A stretch of DNA of 64,000 nt from an uncultured Alphaproteobacteria bacterium (GTDB lineage: Bacteria; Pseudomonadota; Alphaproteobacteria; SP197). Below are positions 30,955 to 42,009 of the stretch, one piece after another. The translations under genes and the position numbers were made by a program. Each line of letters starts with the position of its first letter. Positions within the stretch are counted from its first letter, which is position 1. The DNA is taken from assembly GCA_958295695.1 (NCBI GenBank), contig OY282363.1:1037246-1101245 (forward strand), written 5' to 3'. The notes under the pieces were generated by a model. The model was not told where the DNA came from, ran no database searches, and saw nothing but the letters and a program-made list of their open reading frames with translations.

Positions 30955-32310
30955 ATGGACCGCGCCCAAGCCGCCGCCTGGCCGGAGACGACCGCGCTCC
31001 GGGCCCGGCCCTGCGACCGCCTCGAGGGCGTCGTCCGGGCGCCCGGCGACAAGTCGATCTCGCACCGCGCGCTCATCCTCGGCGGGCTGGCCGTCGGCGA
31101 GACGACCGTCTCGGGCCTGCTCGAGAGCGGGGACGCGATGGCGACCGCCGAGGCCATGACGGCCTACGGCGCGGAGGCGTCGCGCGGCGCCGACGGCGTC
31201 TGGCGCGTCCACGGTTGCGGCGTCGGCGGTCTGGGCGAGCCGGACCGCGTCCTCGACATGGGCAACGCGGGCACCGGCGTCCGCCTGCTGATGGGCGTCG
31301 CGGCGGGACATGCGTTCACCTCCTTCTTCACCGGCGACGCTTCTCTCCGCCGCCGTCCGATGGCCCGGGCGGCGGCGCCGCTGCGCGAGATGGGCGCCGC
31401 CTTCCTGTGCCGCGGCGGCGACCGGCTGCCGCTCGCCGTGACCGGCGGGAGACCGCTCCTTCCCGTCGAATACCGGCTTCCCGCGCCGTCGGCCCAGGTC
31501 AAGTCGGCCGTGCTGCTGGCCGGCCTGCACGCGCCCGGCGTCACCACGGTCGTCGAGACGGAGCGCACGCGCGACCACACGGAACGGATGCTGCGCGTCT
31601 TCGGCGCCGACGTGACCGTCGAGGATCGCGGCGACGGCGCGAGGGCGGTCTCGGTCGCGGGCCAGCCGGAGCTCGGGCCGGCCTCCATCCGCGTTCCCGG
31701 CGACCCGTCCTCGGCGGCTTTTCCGGTCGTCGCGGCGGCCTGCCTGCCGGGCTCGTCCGTCCGCGTCGAGGGCGTGGGCGTCAACCCGATGCGCACGGGC
31801 CTGTTCGAGACCCTGACGGACATGGGGGCGACGCTGCGTTTCGGGAATGAGCGCGAGGAGGGCGGCGAGCCGGTCGCCGACATCGAGGTCGAGGGCGCCG
31901 AACTGTCGGGCGTCGAGGTCCCGCCCGAACGGGCGCCGAGGACGATCGACGAGTATCCGGTCCTCGCGGTCGCCGCGGCCTGCGCCGCCGGCCGGACCGT
32001 CATGCGCGGCCTCGCCGAGCTCCGCCTCAAGGAGAGCGACCGGCTGGCCGCCGTGGCGGCGGGGCTGGCCGACAACGGTGTCGCGGTCGAGGAGCGCGAC
32101 GACGGCCTCGTCGTGACCGGGCGCGCCGGGCGTCCGCCGGGCGGGGGCACGGTCGCGACGAGGCTCGACCACCGCGTCGCCATGGCGTTCCTGGTGCTGG
32201 GCCTGCTCTCGCGCCATGGCGTCGCCATCGACGACGCCGCGCCCATCGACACCAGCTTTCCGGGCTTCGTCCGGCTGATGACCGGCCTGGGCGCCGCGTT
32301 CTCCCGGTGA
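30955..32310 (+). CDS. aroA: EPSP synthase
   Basis: PGDKSISHR, DMGNAGTG, SAQVKSA, RDHTERM, KESDR, DHR.AM. Confidence 0.97.
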   Translation: MDRAQAAAWPETTALRARPCDRLEGVVRAPGDKSISHRALILGGLAVGETTVSGLLESGDAMATAEAMTAYGAEASRGADGVWRVHGCGVGGLGEPDRVLDMGNAGTGVRLLMGVAAGHAFTSFFTGDASLRRRPMARAAAPLREMGAAFLCRGGDRLPLAVTGGRPLLPVEYRLPAPSAQVKSAVLLAGLHAPGVTTVVETERTRDHTERMLRVFGADVTVEDRGDGARAVSVAGQPELGPASIRVPGDPSSAAFPVVAAACLPGSSVRVEGVGVNPMRTGLFETLTDMGATLRFGNEREEGGEPVADIEVEGAELSGVEVPPERAPRTIDEYPVLAVAAACAAGRTVMRGLAELRLKESDRLAAVAAGLADNGVAVEERDDGLVVTGRAGRPPGGGTVATRLDHRVAMAFLVLGLLSRHGVAIDDAAPIDTSFPGFVRLMTGLGAAFSR

Positions 32311-33092
32311 CGCGGGTTCTCGTCGTCGCCGTCGATGGCCCGGCCGCCGCCGGGAAGGGCACGCTCGCGCGCCGCCTCTCGGAGCGCCTGGGCCTGCGCC
32401 GCCTCGACAGCGGGGCGATCTACCGCGCAGCCGCGGCGCGCCTGCTGGAGAGCGGCGGCGACCCGGCGGACGAGGCCCGGGCCGCGGCCGCGGCCCGGGC
32501 GCTCGCGCCTCGCGACCTGGAGCGGGACGGCCTGCGGGACCGGCGGATCGAACGGGCCGCGTCCGAACTCGCCGCCCATCCGGCCGTGCGCGCCGCGCTG
32601 CTGGCCTTCCAGCGGGATTACGCCGCCACGCCGCCGGGCGCCGTGATCGACGGCCGCGACATCGGCACGGTCGTCTGCCCCGAGGCGGACGTGAAGCTCT
32701 ACGTCACGGCGAGCCCCGAGGCGCGGGCGCGCAGGCGGCGGGACGAGCTCCTCGCCCGCGGCGACGCCGCGGATCTCGCCGCGGTCGCGGCCGAGATCGC
32801 CGAACGCGACCGGCGCGACACGGAGCGCGCCTGCTCGCCGCTGCGCCGGGCCGCCGACGCCGTCCCGCTCGACACCACCGCGCTGGACGCCGACGAAACC
32901 TTCCGGGCCGCCCTCGACATCGTGAGGGAGCGGTTGAACGCGGCGGGCAAGGCGACTATACAGACGCCCGCTTCGGCCCGGGGGCCGGAGGGCTTTCGTC
33001 TCGCGCCGGTCCGGGGGCCGGGCGAAATCTCAAGCGGAAGCCACGGGGAGCGGCGCCGCCGCTTCCGCGGAATCGATCTGGAGACGGAATGA
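32307..33092 (+). CDS. cmk: Cytidylate kinase with extended C-terminus
   Basis: VDGPAAAGKGT, DSGAIYR, DGRDIGTV, RDRRD. Confidence 0.93.
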   Translation: MTRVLVVAVDGPAAAGKGTLARRLSERLGLRRLDSGAIYRAAAARLLESGGDPADEARAAAAARALAPRDLERDGLRDRRIERAASELAAHPAVRAALLAFQRDYAATPPGAVIDGRDIGTVVCPEADVKLYVTASPEARARRRRDELLARGDAADLAAVAAEIAERDRRDTERACSPLRRAADAVPLDTTALDADETFRAALDIVRERLNAAGKATIQTPASARGPEGFRLAPVRGPGEISSGSHGERRRRFRGIDLETE

Positions 33093-34945
33093 CCGACACC
33101 GGCACGGCGCTGGACGCGCCCGCGTCCGACGAGAATTTCGAGGACCTGTTCAACGAGTTTCTGGAGCGCGTCGATATCGTCGAGGGTGCCGTCGTCGAGG
33201 GCACGGTCGTGTCCGTCCAGGGCGATTCCGTGCTGATCGACGTCGGGCTGAAGGCCGAGGGCCGCGTGCCCCTGCGCGAGTTCACGCCGCCCGGCGGCGC
33301 GCCCGCGGTGGGCGAGGGCGACCGGGTCGAGGTGTTCGTCGAACGCCTCGAGAACCGCAACGGCGAGACCGTGCTGTCGCGCGAGAAGGCGCAACGCGAG
33401 GAGGTCTGGAACCAGCTCGAAACCGCCTTCGGGACCGGCGACCGCGTGAAGGGCTACATCGTCCAGCGGGTCAAGGGCGGCTTCACCGTGAACCTCGGCG
33501 GCGCCTTCGCCTTCCTGCCGGGCAGCCAGGTCGACATCCGTCCCGTGCGCGACGTGACGCCGCTGATGGGCGACGAACTCGAGTTCCGCATCCTCAAGAT
33601 GGACCGCCGTCGCGGCAACATCGTGATCTCGCGCCGCTCCGTGCTGGAGGACGAGCGCGCCGACCAGCGCGCCGAGCTGATCGCCGGCCTCGCCGAGGGC
33701 CAGGTGCTCGACGGCGTGGTCAAGAACATCACCGACTACGGCGCCTTCGTCGACCTGGGCGGCCTCGACGGCCTGCTCCACGTCACGGATATCTCCTGGC
33801 GCCGCATCAACCACCCCACCGAGGCGCTCAACATCGGCCAGACGGTGCGCGTGCAGGTGATCCGCTTCAACCCGGAGACGCAGCGCATCTCGCTCGGCAT
33901 GAAACAGCTCGAGGCCGATCCCTGGGAGGGCGTCGGCGCCAAGTATCCGGTCGGCGCGCGCTACTCGGGCCGGGTCACCAACATCACCGACTACGGCGCC
34001 TTCGTGGAGCTGGAGCCGGGCGTCGAGGGCCTCGTCCACGTCTCCGAGATGAGCTGGACCCGCAAGAACGCGCATCCGGGCAAGATCGTCTCGACCAGCC
34101 AGGAGGTCGAGATCGAGGTGCTCGACGTCGATTCCCACAAGCGGCGGATCAGCCTCGGCATCAAGCAGACGCGGGCCAACCCGTGGGAGGCCTTCCTCGC
34201 CCGGCATCCGGTCGGCAGCGACGTCGAGGGCGAGGTCAAGAACATCACCGAGTTCGGCCTCTTCGTCGACGTCGGAGACGATGTCGACGGCATGGTGCAC
34301 ATGTCCGATCTCAGCTGGTCGAAAGGCGGGGAAGAGGCGGCCGCCGGCTACAGGAAGGGCGACCGCGTCAAGGCCAGGGTGCTCGATGTCGATGTCGAGA
34401 AGGAGCGCATCGGCCTGGGCGTCAAGCAGCTCGAGGACGATCCGCTCGCCCATGCCCTGAAGGGCGTCTCGCGCGGCTCCGTCGTGACCTGCACGGTCTC
34501 GAAGATCGTGAACAACGGGATCGAGGTCCTGGTCGACGGCGCGGCGCCGGGCTTCATCCGCAAGGCCGAGCTCGCGCGCGAACGGGGCGATCAGCGGCCC
34601 GACCGTTTCGCCGAGGGAGACCGCCTCGACGCCAAGGTCACGGCGATCGACAAGGCGGGCCGCCGCCTGACCCTCTCGATCAAGGCGCTCGAGATCGACG
34701 AGGAGAAGAAGGCCATGCAGACCTATGGGTCGGCCGATTCGGGCGCGACGCTGGGCGACATCCTGGGCGCCGCCCTGTCCGCCAGGGACGCCGCGGACGG
34801 CGACGCGAAACCGGACGAGGCCGACGAAAATGACGAGACCGAGGCGGACGGGGACGCCGGAGACGGCGACGCGAAGGCCGACGAAACCGAGGTTGAAGGG
34901 ACGGACGGAGACGTCGGCGACGACGGGGGAGACAAGGCCCCGTAA
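33089..34945 (+). CDS. rpsA: 30S ribosomal protein S1
   Basis: Six S1 domains (KNITDYGAFVDL, RISLG.KQ); acidic tail. Confidence 0.98.
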   Translation: MTDTGTALDAPASDENFEDLFNEFLERVDIVEGAVVEGTVVSVQGDSVLIDVGLKAEGRVPLREFTPPGGAPAVGEGDRVEVFVERLENRNGETVLSREKAQREEVWNQLETAFGTGDRVKGYIVQRVKGGFTVNLGGAFAFLPGSQVDIRPVRDVTPLMGDELEFRILKMDRRRGNIVISRRSVLEDERADQRAELIAGLAEGQVLDGVVKNITDYGAFVDLGGLDGLLHVTDISWRRINHPTEALNIGQTVRVQVIRFNPETQRISLGMKQLEADPWEGVGAKYPVGARYSGRVTNITDYGAFVELEPGVEGLVHVSEMSWTRKNAHPGKIVSTSQEVEIEVLDVDSHKRRISLGIKQTRANPWEAFLARHPVGSDVEGEVKNITEFGLFVDVGDDVDGMVHMSDLSWSKGGEEAAAGYRKGDRVKARVLDVDVEKERIGLGVKQLEDDPLAHALKGVSRGSVVTCTVSKIVNNGIEVLVDGAAPGFIRKAELARERGDQRPDRFAEGDRLDAKVTAIDKAGRRLTLSIKALEIDEEKKAMQTYGSADSGATLGDILGAALSARDAADGDAKPDEADENDETEADGDAGDGDAKADETEVEGTDGDVGDDGGDKAP

Positions 34946-35206
34946 TCCGCAAACCCGCCGCAGGGACCGCCGACGGTCCGGGACGCGCGCCAAGCCGGGC
35001 GGCGGCGAGAGCCCGCCGTTTCGCGTCGTCGCGCCGGGGGACGCCTTCCCGCGACATGCCGAAATCCCGCGAGAAACCGGAAAAAGCGTTCTGCCAGAAC
35101 CACTTACACTTGACGATACGCCGGCTCTCCGGCACCCTGACCCGCGATCGCGCCGAGAAGCCGGATCAGGGCGACGGGACCGCAGACCGGGGCCGGGGTT
35201 GCCGAC

Positions 35207-35500
35207 ATGACGAAATCGGAATTGATCGCGCGCCTTGCGGAGCGCCACCCGCACCTCTCCCAGCGCGATGTCGAGCGCATCGTGAACACGGTGTTCGACG
35301 AGATCGGCGGCGCGCTCGCGGCGGGCGGCCGGGTCGAGCTCCGCGGGTTCGGTTCGTTCTCGGTCCGCCGCCGCAACGCCCGGGTCGGCCGGAACCCCAG
35401 GACCGGCGCCACCGTCGAGGTCGGCGAGAAGTTCCTCCCGTTCTTCAAGACCGGCAAGGAGCTGCGCGAGCGTCTCAACATGAAGGACGGCGAGGACTGA
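35207..35500 (+). CDS. ihfB: Integration host factor beta
   Basis: [34 protein letters not shown]. Confidence 0.96.
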   Translation: MTKSELIARLAERHPHLSQRDVERIVNTVFDEIGGALAAGGRVELRGFGSFSVRRRNARVGRNPRTGATVEVGEKFLPFFKTGKELRERLNMKDGED

Positions 35501-35504
35501 TCCC

Positions 35505-35882
35505 GTGCCGGGCAATCCGCTGAAGCTCGCCGTCTGGCTTCTGGGCGCACTGGTGGCCCTGGCGATCGTGGCCTTCGTCCTGGCGAACCGGGCTCCGATC
35601 GTCGTCTCCTTCTCGCCGCTGCCCTGGCGGTCCTCGGAAGTGTGGCTGGGCGCCGTGGTGCTCGCGTTCTTCTGCGCGGGCGCGGTCATGGGCGGCCTCT
35701 TCGTCTGGGCCGGCGGCCACAAGAGCCGCGGGCTCTCCGCCCGGCGCAGGCGCCGCGTCAAGCTGCTGGAAAAGGAGCTCGACGACGCCCGGGCGCGCAA
35801 CCGGGACCTGGAAGACGAGGCCGGTCGGCGGGCGTCGGCGCGCCTGCCCGCCGCGCTCCCGGACGCGCGGGACGCCGCCTGA
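35505..35882 (+). CDS. LapA-family membrane protein
   Basis: Two TM helices around ANR...V.F.P, basic coiled tail; follows ihfB. Confidence 0.8.
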   Translation: MPGNPLKLAVWLLGALVALAIVAFVLANRAPIVVSFSPLPWRSSEVWLGAVVLAFFCAGAVMGGLFVWAGGHKSRGLSARRRRRVKLLEKELDDARARNRDLEDEAGRRASARLPAALPDARDAA

Positions 35883-35911
35883 CCGGGCGGGGACCGGCGT
35901 CGGAGGCCGCG

Positions 35912-36910
35912 ATGGCGCGCATGGTCCCGGCCGAGGAGGTCCACCGCCTTCTGGACTATCCGTCGCTTGTCGAGGCTCTCAAGCGGTTCCATCTGCGGGA
36001 CATCGACGAGGCCCTCGACGTGCATCTCGCCCAGCCCGCGCCGTCGGGACGCGAGAACATCCTCCTCGCGCTGCCGGCCTGGCGGCGCGACGACGCCCTC
36101 GGCGTCAAGCTGGTCACGGTCTTCCCCGACAACGAATACACCGGTACGGGCCTGCCGTCGGTCCAGGGGGTCTACGCCCTGTTCGACGGCCGGAACGGCG
36201 AGCCGTTGGCCCTGATCGACGGCGCGGCGCTGACCTTGCGCAAGACCGCGGGCGACTCCGCGACGGGAGCGAGCTTCCTGGCGCGGGAGGACGCCGCCGT
36301 GCTTCTCATGGTCGGCGCCGGCGCCATGGCGCCCCATCTGATCGTGGCGCACACCGCGGTCCGCCCGTCGATCTCCAGGGTCCTCGTCTGGAACCGCACG
36401 CCGGCGCGCGCACACAGCCTCGCCGCCGGCCTCGGGATCGAGGGCGTCCCGGTCGAGGCGACCGACGACCTCGAGGAGGCGGCGCGCGCGGCGGACGTGA
36501 TCTCCTGCGCCACGATGGCCACCGAGCCCCTCATCAAGGGAGCCTGGCTCAAGCCCGGCGCCCATCTGGATCTGGTCGGGAGCTTCCAGAAGCATATGCG
36601 CGAGAGCGATGACGACTGCATCCGGCGCGCGCGGATCTACATGGATTCGCGCATGTTCACGCTGGGTCGCGTGGGCGACATCTCGCAGCCGGCCGAGGCC
36701 GGCGTCATGACGGACGACGACGTCGCCGGCGACCTTTTCGATCTCGCGCGGGGCGTGTGCGAGGGGCGCCGCGCGGCCGACGAGATCACGCTGTTCAAGA
36801 ACTCCGGCGGCGGCCATCTCGACCTCGCCGCGGCCCGTTTCCTGATGACCAGGCTGGACCGGGAACGATCGGCGGCGGACGCTGACGACGGCTCGCGCGC
36901 TCTGTTATAA
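35912..36910 (+). CDS. Ornithine cyclodeaminase/mu-crystallin family
   Basis: GVKLVTVFP.N, LT.RKTA, GAG.MA, VWNRT, ITLFKN.G..H.DL. Confidence 0.9.
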   Translation: MARMVPAEEVHRLLDYPSLVEALKRFHLRDIDEALDVHLAQPAPSGRENILLALPAWRRDDALGVKLVTVFPDNEYTGTGLPSVQGVYALFDGRNGEPLALIDGAALTLRKTAGDSATGASFLAREDAAVLLMVGAGAMAPHLIVAHTAVRPSISRVLVWNRTPARAHSLAAGLGIEGVPVEATDDLEEAARAADVISCATMATEPLIKGAWLKPGAHLDLVGSFQKHMRESDDDCIRRARIYMDSRMFTLGRVGDISQPAEAGVMTDDDVAGDLFDLARGVCEGRRAADEITLFKNSGGGHLDLAAARFLMTRLDRERSAADADDGSRALL

Positions 36911-36940
36911 GCCGCCCGGCTCCAGGATCCGGAGGACGCC

Positions 36941-37033
36941 ATGAACCGCCGAGACGCCGCGAAGCACCTCCCGTGCGCCGTCGATACGGCCGACCGGATC
37001 GTCCGGGAGATGGTGGGTCCCGATGGCGGTTGA
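36941..37033 (+). pseudogene. pyrF: Internally deleted pyrF remnant (30 aa)
   Basis: GGAGGA RBS + [30 protein letters not shown]: PyrF-like N-terminus (CAVDT.D) joined to a PyrF-like C-terminus (A..IV.E), at the usual pyrF position before trpF. Confidence 0.6.
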
Positions 37034-37664
37034 CGCCAAGATCTGCGGGCTGAGCTCCGCTCCGGCCGTCGCCGCGGCTCTGGACCATGGCGCGCGCATG
37101 GTCGGGTTCGTGTTCTTTCCCGGCAGTCCGCGCCATGTCTCTTTCGAGCAGGCCGCCGCGCTGTCGCGGCCCATCGGACCCGAGGTCGAGCGGGTCGGCG
37201 TCATGACCGACCCGGACGACGATCTCCTGCGCCGGGCCATCGCCGCGGGCCGTCTTTCCGTCGTGCAACTCCATGGCGGCGAGACGCCGCGGCGCGTCGC
37301 GGAGATCCGGGAGCGTTTCGGCGCGAAGGTCATGAAGGTCGTGCGGGTTTCCGGATCCGACGATCTCGACCGGGCCACCGGCTTCGAGCCCGTCGCCGAC
37401 CTCCTGATGTTCGACTCCAAGCCGCCCCGGGGCGCGACGCGGCCCGGGGGTAACGCCGTGGCCTTCGACTGGCGTCTCCTGGCGGGCCGCGCGTGGCGGC
37501 GGCCGTGGCTGCTGTCCGGCGGGCTCGATCCCGACAACGTGGGCCGGGCGGTCGAATTGACCGGCGCGCGGGCGGTCGATGTGTCCTCGGGCGTCGAGTC
37601 GGCGCCGGGGGTCAAGGATCCGGCGCTCATCGGGACGTTCCTGGAGCGGGTCGCGGCGCTGTAG
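37023..37664 (+). CDS. trpF: Phosphoribosylanthranilate isomerase
   Basis: KICGL, SPR, QLHG.E, GG....[16 protein letters not shown]. Confidence 0.96.
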   Translation: MAVDAKICGLSSAPAVAAALDHGARMVGFVFFPGSPRHVSFEQAAALSRPIGPEVERVGVMTDPDDDLLRRAIAAGRLSVVQLHGGETPRRVAEIRERFGAKVMKVVRVSGSDDLDRATGFEPVADLLMFDSKPPRGATRPGGNAVAFDWRLLAGRAWRRPWLLSGGLDPDNVGRAVELTGARAVDVSSGVESAPGVKDPALIGTFLERVAAL

Positions 37665-37738
37665 GAACGGCCGGACACGGACATTGCGGAGACCATGCGA
37701 AACGGGCATGGTCCGCCCTCCGGACGATGCGAAGCGCC

Positions 37739-38950
37739 ATGGAACCGGTCAACACCTACCGCGCCGGCCCCGACGAGCGGGGCCATTTCGGTATGTTCGG
37801 CGGACGCTACGTCGCCGAAACGCTGATGCCCCTGATTCTGGACCTCGAAAAGGCCTGGAAGGAGGCGAAGGGCGATCCGGCGTTCCAGGCCGAGTTCGAC
37901 CATTGGGCCAGGCACTACATCGGCCGGCCGAGCCCCCTCTACTTCGCCGAGCGGCTCACCGGGTGCCTGGGCGGCGCGAAGATCTACTTCAAGCGCGACG
38001 AGCTCAACCACACCGGCGCGCACAAGATCAACAACACGGTGGGCCAGATCCTGCTCGCCCTGCGCATGGGCAAGCGCCGCATCATCGCGGAGACCGGCGC
38101 CGGGCAGCACGGCGTCGCGACGGCGACCGTGTGCGCCAGGGTCGGGTTGCCCTGCGTCGTCTACATGGGCGCGAAGGACATCGAGCGGCAGAAACCCAAT
38201 GTCTTCCGCATGAAGCTGCTCGGCGCGGAGGTCAGGCCGGTCGCCTCGGGCTCGCGGACGCTCAAGGACGCGCTCAACGAGGCCCTGCGCGACTGGGTCG
38301 CGAACGTGGAGACCACCTTCTACATCATCGGCACCGTGGCCGGCCCGCATCCCTATCCCGAGCTCGTGCGCGAGTTCCAGTCGGTCATCGGCCGCGAGGC
38401 GAAGGAGCAGATGATGGAGGCGGAAGGGCGGCTTCCCGACACGCTGGTCGCCTGCATCGGCGGCGGGTCGAACGCCATGGGCCTGTTCCACCCCTTCCTC
38501 GACGACGACGGCGTCGAGATCCATGGCGTCGAGGCGGCCGGACACGGTCTCGAAACCGGCAGGCACGCCGCCTCCATCGCCGGCGGCCGTCCCGGCGTGC
38601 TGCACGGCAACCGCACCTATCTGCTGCAGGACGACGACGGCCAGATCGTCGAGGCGCACTCGATCTCCGCGGGCCTCGACTATCCGGGGATCGGGCCGGA
38701 GCACGCCTGGCTCGCCGATGTCGGGCGCGTGACCTACGTCTCGGCGACCGACGCGGAGGCGCTGGAAGCCTTCCAGCTCTGCACGCGGCTCGAAGGCATC
38801 ATCCCCGCGCTGGAGCCGGCCCATGCGCTGGCCCATGTCATGAAGATCGCGCCGGACCTGCCGCGCGACCACATCATCTGCATGAACATGTGCGGCCGCG
38901 GCGACAAGGACGTGTTCGCCGTCGCCGAGGCCCTGGGAGTGGCGATGTGA
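37739..38950 (+). CDS. trpB: Tryptophan synthase beta
   Basis: [32 protein letters not shown]. Confidence 0.98.
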   Translation: MEPVNTYRAGPDERGHFGMFGGRYVAETLMPLILDLEKAWKEAKGDPAFQAEFDHWARHYIGRPSPLYFAERLTGCLGGAKIYFKRDELNHTGAHKINNTVGQILLALRMGKRRIIAETGAGQHGVATATVCARVGLPCVVYMGAKDIERQKPNVFRMKLLGAEVRPVASGSRTLKDALNEALRDWVANVETTFYIIGTVAGPHPYPELVREFQSVIGREAKEQMMEAEGRLPDTLVACIGGGSNAMGLFHPFLDDDGVEIHGVEAAGHGLETGRHAASIAGGRPGVLHGNRTYLLQDDDGQIVEAHSISAGLDYPGIGPEHAWLADVGRVTYVSATDAEALEAFQLCTRLEGIIPALEPAHALAHVMKIAPDLPRDHIICMNMCGRGDKDVFAVAEALGVAM

Positions 38951-39777
38951 GCGGCGGCCGCATCGAGAGGCGCTTCGCCGCGCTCGGGCGCGAGGGCCGC
39001 GCCGGCCTCGTCGCCTTCGTCACGGCTGGAGACCCGAACCCCGGGCTTTCCCGCGAGATCGTCGCCGGCCTGCCCGGCGCCGGCGCCGACGTCATCGAGC
39101 TCGGCATGCCGTTCACCGACCCCATGGCGGACGGGCCGACAATCCAGGCCTCATCCCGGCGCGCCCTGCGGGCCGGGACGACGCTGCGGCGCACGATCGA
39201 TCTGGTCCGGCATTTCCGCCGGACCGACCGGGACACGCCCGTCGTGCTCATGGGCTACTACAATCCCATCTACGCCTACGGCAACGAGGCGTTCCTCGCC
39301 GACGCGAAGGAGGCGGGGGTCGACGGGCTCATCCTCGTCGACCTGCCGAGCGAGGAGGACGGCGAGCTCTGCCTGCCCGCGATCGAGGCCGGCCTCGACT
39401 GGATCCGGCTCGCCACGCCCACGACCGACGAGGCGCGCATGCCGGCCGTCCTCTCGAACGCCTCCGGCTTCGTCTACTACGTGTCGATCGCCGGGATCAC
39501 CGGCACCCGCTCGGCCGATCCCGCCGCGGTCGGCGAGGCCGTGGCGAGGCTGAAGGCGCGCACCGACCTCCCGGTGGCGGTGGGCTTCGGCATCGCCACG
39601 GCCGAACAGGCCGCCGCCGTCGCGCGCGTCGCCGACGCCGCCGTCGTCGGCTCGGCCTTCTGCCGGGCCGTGGCCGACGGGTTGGACGGCGACGGTGACG
39701 GAACGCGCGCTTGCGTCGACAACGTGCTCGGTCTCGCCCGCGAGCTGGCCGCGGGCGTCGGGAGCGCGGCGGCATGA
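38947..39777 (+). CDS. trpA: Tryptophan synthase alpha
   Basis: [31 protein letters not shown]. Confidence 0.97.
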   Translation: MSGGRIERRFAALGREGRAGLVAFVTAGDPNPGLSREIVAGLPGAGADVIELGMPFTDPMADGPTIQASSRRALRAGTTLRRTIDLVRHFRRTDRDTPVVLMGYYNPIYAYGNEAFLADAKEAGVDGLILVDLPSEEDGELCLPAIEAGLDWIRLATPTTDEARMPAVLSNASGFVYYVSIAGITGTRSADPAAVGEAVARLKARTDLPVAVGFGIATAEQAAAVARVADAAVVGSAFCRAVADGLDGDGDGTRACVDNVLGLARELAAGVGSAAA

Positions 39778-40685
39778 GCTGGCTGTCCGATCTCGCGCTG
39801 CCCAAGATCCGCGACCTCGTCCGCAAGACGCAGACGGAGGAAACGCTGTGGACCAAATGCCACGGCTGCGAGCAGATGATCTTCCATCGCGACCTCGAGG
39901 CGGCGATGAACGTCTGCCCCCATTGCGGATTCCACATGCGGATCGCTCCCGATGTGCGGTTGCGCGCGCTGTTCGGCGACGGCGGCTTCACCGTGATCGA
40001 GCTTCCCAGGGTCAAGGCCGACCCGCTGCGGTTCCGCGACCGCAAGCGCTACCCGGACCGCATCAGGGAGGCGCGGGTCAGGACCGGCCGCCGCGACGCC
40101 ATCGTCGTGGCCCACGGCGAGATCGGCTCGCGGCCGGTCGTCTGCGCGATCCTCGACTTCGACTTCATGGGCGGCTCGATGGGGACCGCCGTCGGCGAGG
40201 CGATCGTCGCCGCGGCGCGTCTCGCCCGGCTGCAAGAGGGCGCGCTGGTCATCTTCTCCGCCTCGGGCGGCGCGCGCATGCAGGAAGGCATCCTTTCGCT
40301 CATGCAGATGGCGAGGACGACCGCGGCGATCGCCGAATTGAAGGAAGCCGGCCTGCCCTACATCAGCGTCATGACGAATCCGACGACCGGCGGCGTCACG
40401 GCCTCGTTCGCCATGCTGGGCGACGTTTCGATCGCCGAGCCCGGCGCCATCATCGGCTTCGCGGGCGCGCGCGTGATCGAGGAGACGATCCGCGAGAAGC
40501 TGCCGGACGGATTCCAGCGCGCGGAGTATCTGCTGGAGCACGGCATGCTCGACATGGTGGCGCCACGCTCCGAGCTGCGCCGGAGGATCGCGAGCCTCCT
40601 TCGGCACCTCATGCCGGTCCGCTCCCGGGAGGGCGCGCTCCTCCCCGTTCCCGCGAACGACGCCGAGGAGGCGGCGCCCGCGTGA
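39774..40685 (+). CDS. accD: Acetyl-CoA carboxylase carboxyltransferase beta
   Basis: LW.KC..C Zn finger, [25 protein letters not shown]. Confidence 0.97.
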   Translation: MSWLSDLALPKIRDLVRKTQTEETLWTKCHGCEQMIFHRDLEAAMNVCPHCGFHMRIAPDVRLRALFGDGGFTVIELPRVKADPLRFRDRKRYPDRIREARVRTGRRDAIVVAHGEIGSRPVVCAILDFDFMGGSMGTAVGEAIVAAARLARLQEGALVIFSASGGARMQEGILSLMQMARTTAAIAELKEAGLPYISVMTNPTTGGVTASFAMLGDVSIAEPGAIIGFAGARVIEETIREKLPDGFQRAEYLLEHGMLDMVAPRSELRRRIASLLRHLMPVRSREGALLPVPANDAEEAAPA

Positions 40686-41977
40686 CCGACGCCTCGAGCG
40701 ATGTTCTGCTCGAGAGGTTGACGCGGCTTCATCCGAAGCTCATCGACCTGTCGCTCGACCGGATGTTCCGCCTTCTCGATGCGCTGGGCGATCCCCATCT
40801 CGACCTCCCGCCGGTCGTCCATGTCGCCGGCACGAACGGGAAGGGGTCGGTCGTCGCCTACCTGCGCGCGGCGCTCATGGCGGCCGGCTACCGGGTCCAC
40901 GCCTACACCTCGCCCCATCTCGTGCGCTTCCACGAGCGGGTCGAGATCGCCGGCGAGGCGATCGCCGAGGCCGATCTCGCCGCCCTCCTCGACGAGTGCG
41001 AGAGGGCGAACGGCGGGCGGCCCATCACGTTCTTCGAGGTCACGACGGCCGCCGCCTTCCTGGGCTTCTCGCGCGCGCCGGCCGACATCCTCCTCCTGGA
41101 GACGGGGCTCGGCGGCAGGCTCGACGCCACCAACGTGATCGACCGTCCGCTGCTCGCGGTCATCACGCCGGTCTCGCTCGACCACCAGCAGTTCCTCGGC
41201 GAGTCGCTGGCCGAGATCGCCGGCGAGAAGGCCGGCATCGTCAAGCCCGGAGTCCCCGTCGTGGTCGGCCCGCAGGAGCCGGCCGCGCGCGACGCGATCC
41301 TGGCGCGCGCGCGACGCCTCGGCGCGCCGGTCCTGCTGGCCGGCCGGGACTACGACGTCGTGTCGGTGACGGAGAGCGGGTTCGCGATGACGGACGGCGA
41401 AGCGGCGCTGACGCTCCCGCGTCCCGTCCTCGCCGGTCCGCACCAGCCCATGAACGCCGCCGTGGCCGTGGCGGCCCTGCGGCGTTTGCCCGGTTTCGTT
41501 GTGACCGACGACCGCCTCGCTGAGGGTTTGCGCGCCGCCCGCTGGCCCGCCCGGCTGCAGCGTCTGGAGCACGGGCGCCTCAACCGACTCGCCGGTCCCG
41601 ATGTCGATCTGTGGCTCGACGGCGGCCACAATCCGGCGGCGGGCCGGATCCTCGCCGACATGGCGGCCACGTGGCGCGACCGTCCGCTCGATCTCGTCGT
41701 CGGCATGATGAACACGAAGGACCCGGCGGGCTTCATCGCGCCGCTCGCGCCCCATGTGCGCCGCGCGGTCGCGGTCGGCATTCCCGGCGAGAAGAACACG
41801 CTGCCGGCCGAAACGACCCGCGCCGTCCTGGCGGCGGACGGTCTCGAGGCCGGCGCGGCGGACGGTCTCGAGGACGCCGTGCGCATGTTGGCGGCGCGGT
41901 CGGACGGGCGGTCGCGGATCCTGATCTGCGGCTCGCTCTACCTCGCCGGCCGGGCGCTGGCCGCGCAAGCGGAATGA
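40682..41977 (+). CDS. folC: Folylpolyglutamate/dihydrofolate synthase
   Basis: VAGTNGKGS, TSPHL, ETGLGGRLDATN, DGGHN, GSLYL. Confidence 0.96.
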   Translation: MTDASSDVLLERLTRLHPKLIDLSLDRMFRLLDALGDPHLDLPPVVHVAGTNGKGSVVAYLRAALMAAGYRVHAYTSPHLVRFHERVEIAGEAIAEADLAALLDECERANGGRPITFFEVTTAAAFLGFSRAPADILLLETGLGGRLDATNVIDRPLLAVITPVSLDHQQFLGESLAEIAGEKAGIVKPGVPVVVGPQEPAARDAILARARRLGAPVLLAGRDYDVVSVTESGFAMTDGEAALTLPRPVLAGPHQPMNAAVAVAALRRLPGFVVTDDRLAEGLRAARWPARLQRLEHGRLNRLAGPDVDLWLDGGHNPAAGRILADMAATWRDRPLDLVVGMMNTKDPAGFIAPLAPHVRRAVAVGIPGEKNTLPAETTRAVLAADGLEAGAADGLEDAVRMLAARSDGRSRILICGSLYLAGRALAAQAE

Positions 41978-42009
41978 CCGCCAGGCCAGTCCGCCGAAAC
42001 CGGATCCGC

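Noticed and set aside
34949..35000. GCAAACC...GGGACGC resembling a c-di-GMP-I riboswitch
   Set aside because: The P2 stem with GNRA loop and the GCAAAG segment do not form
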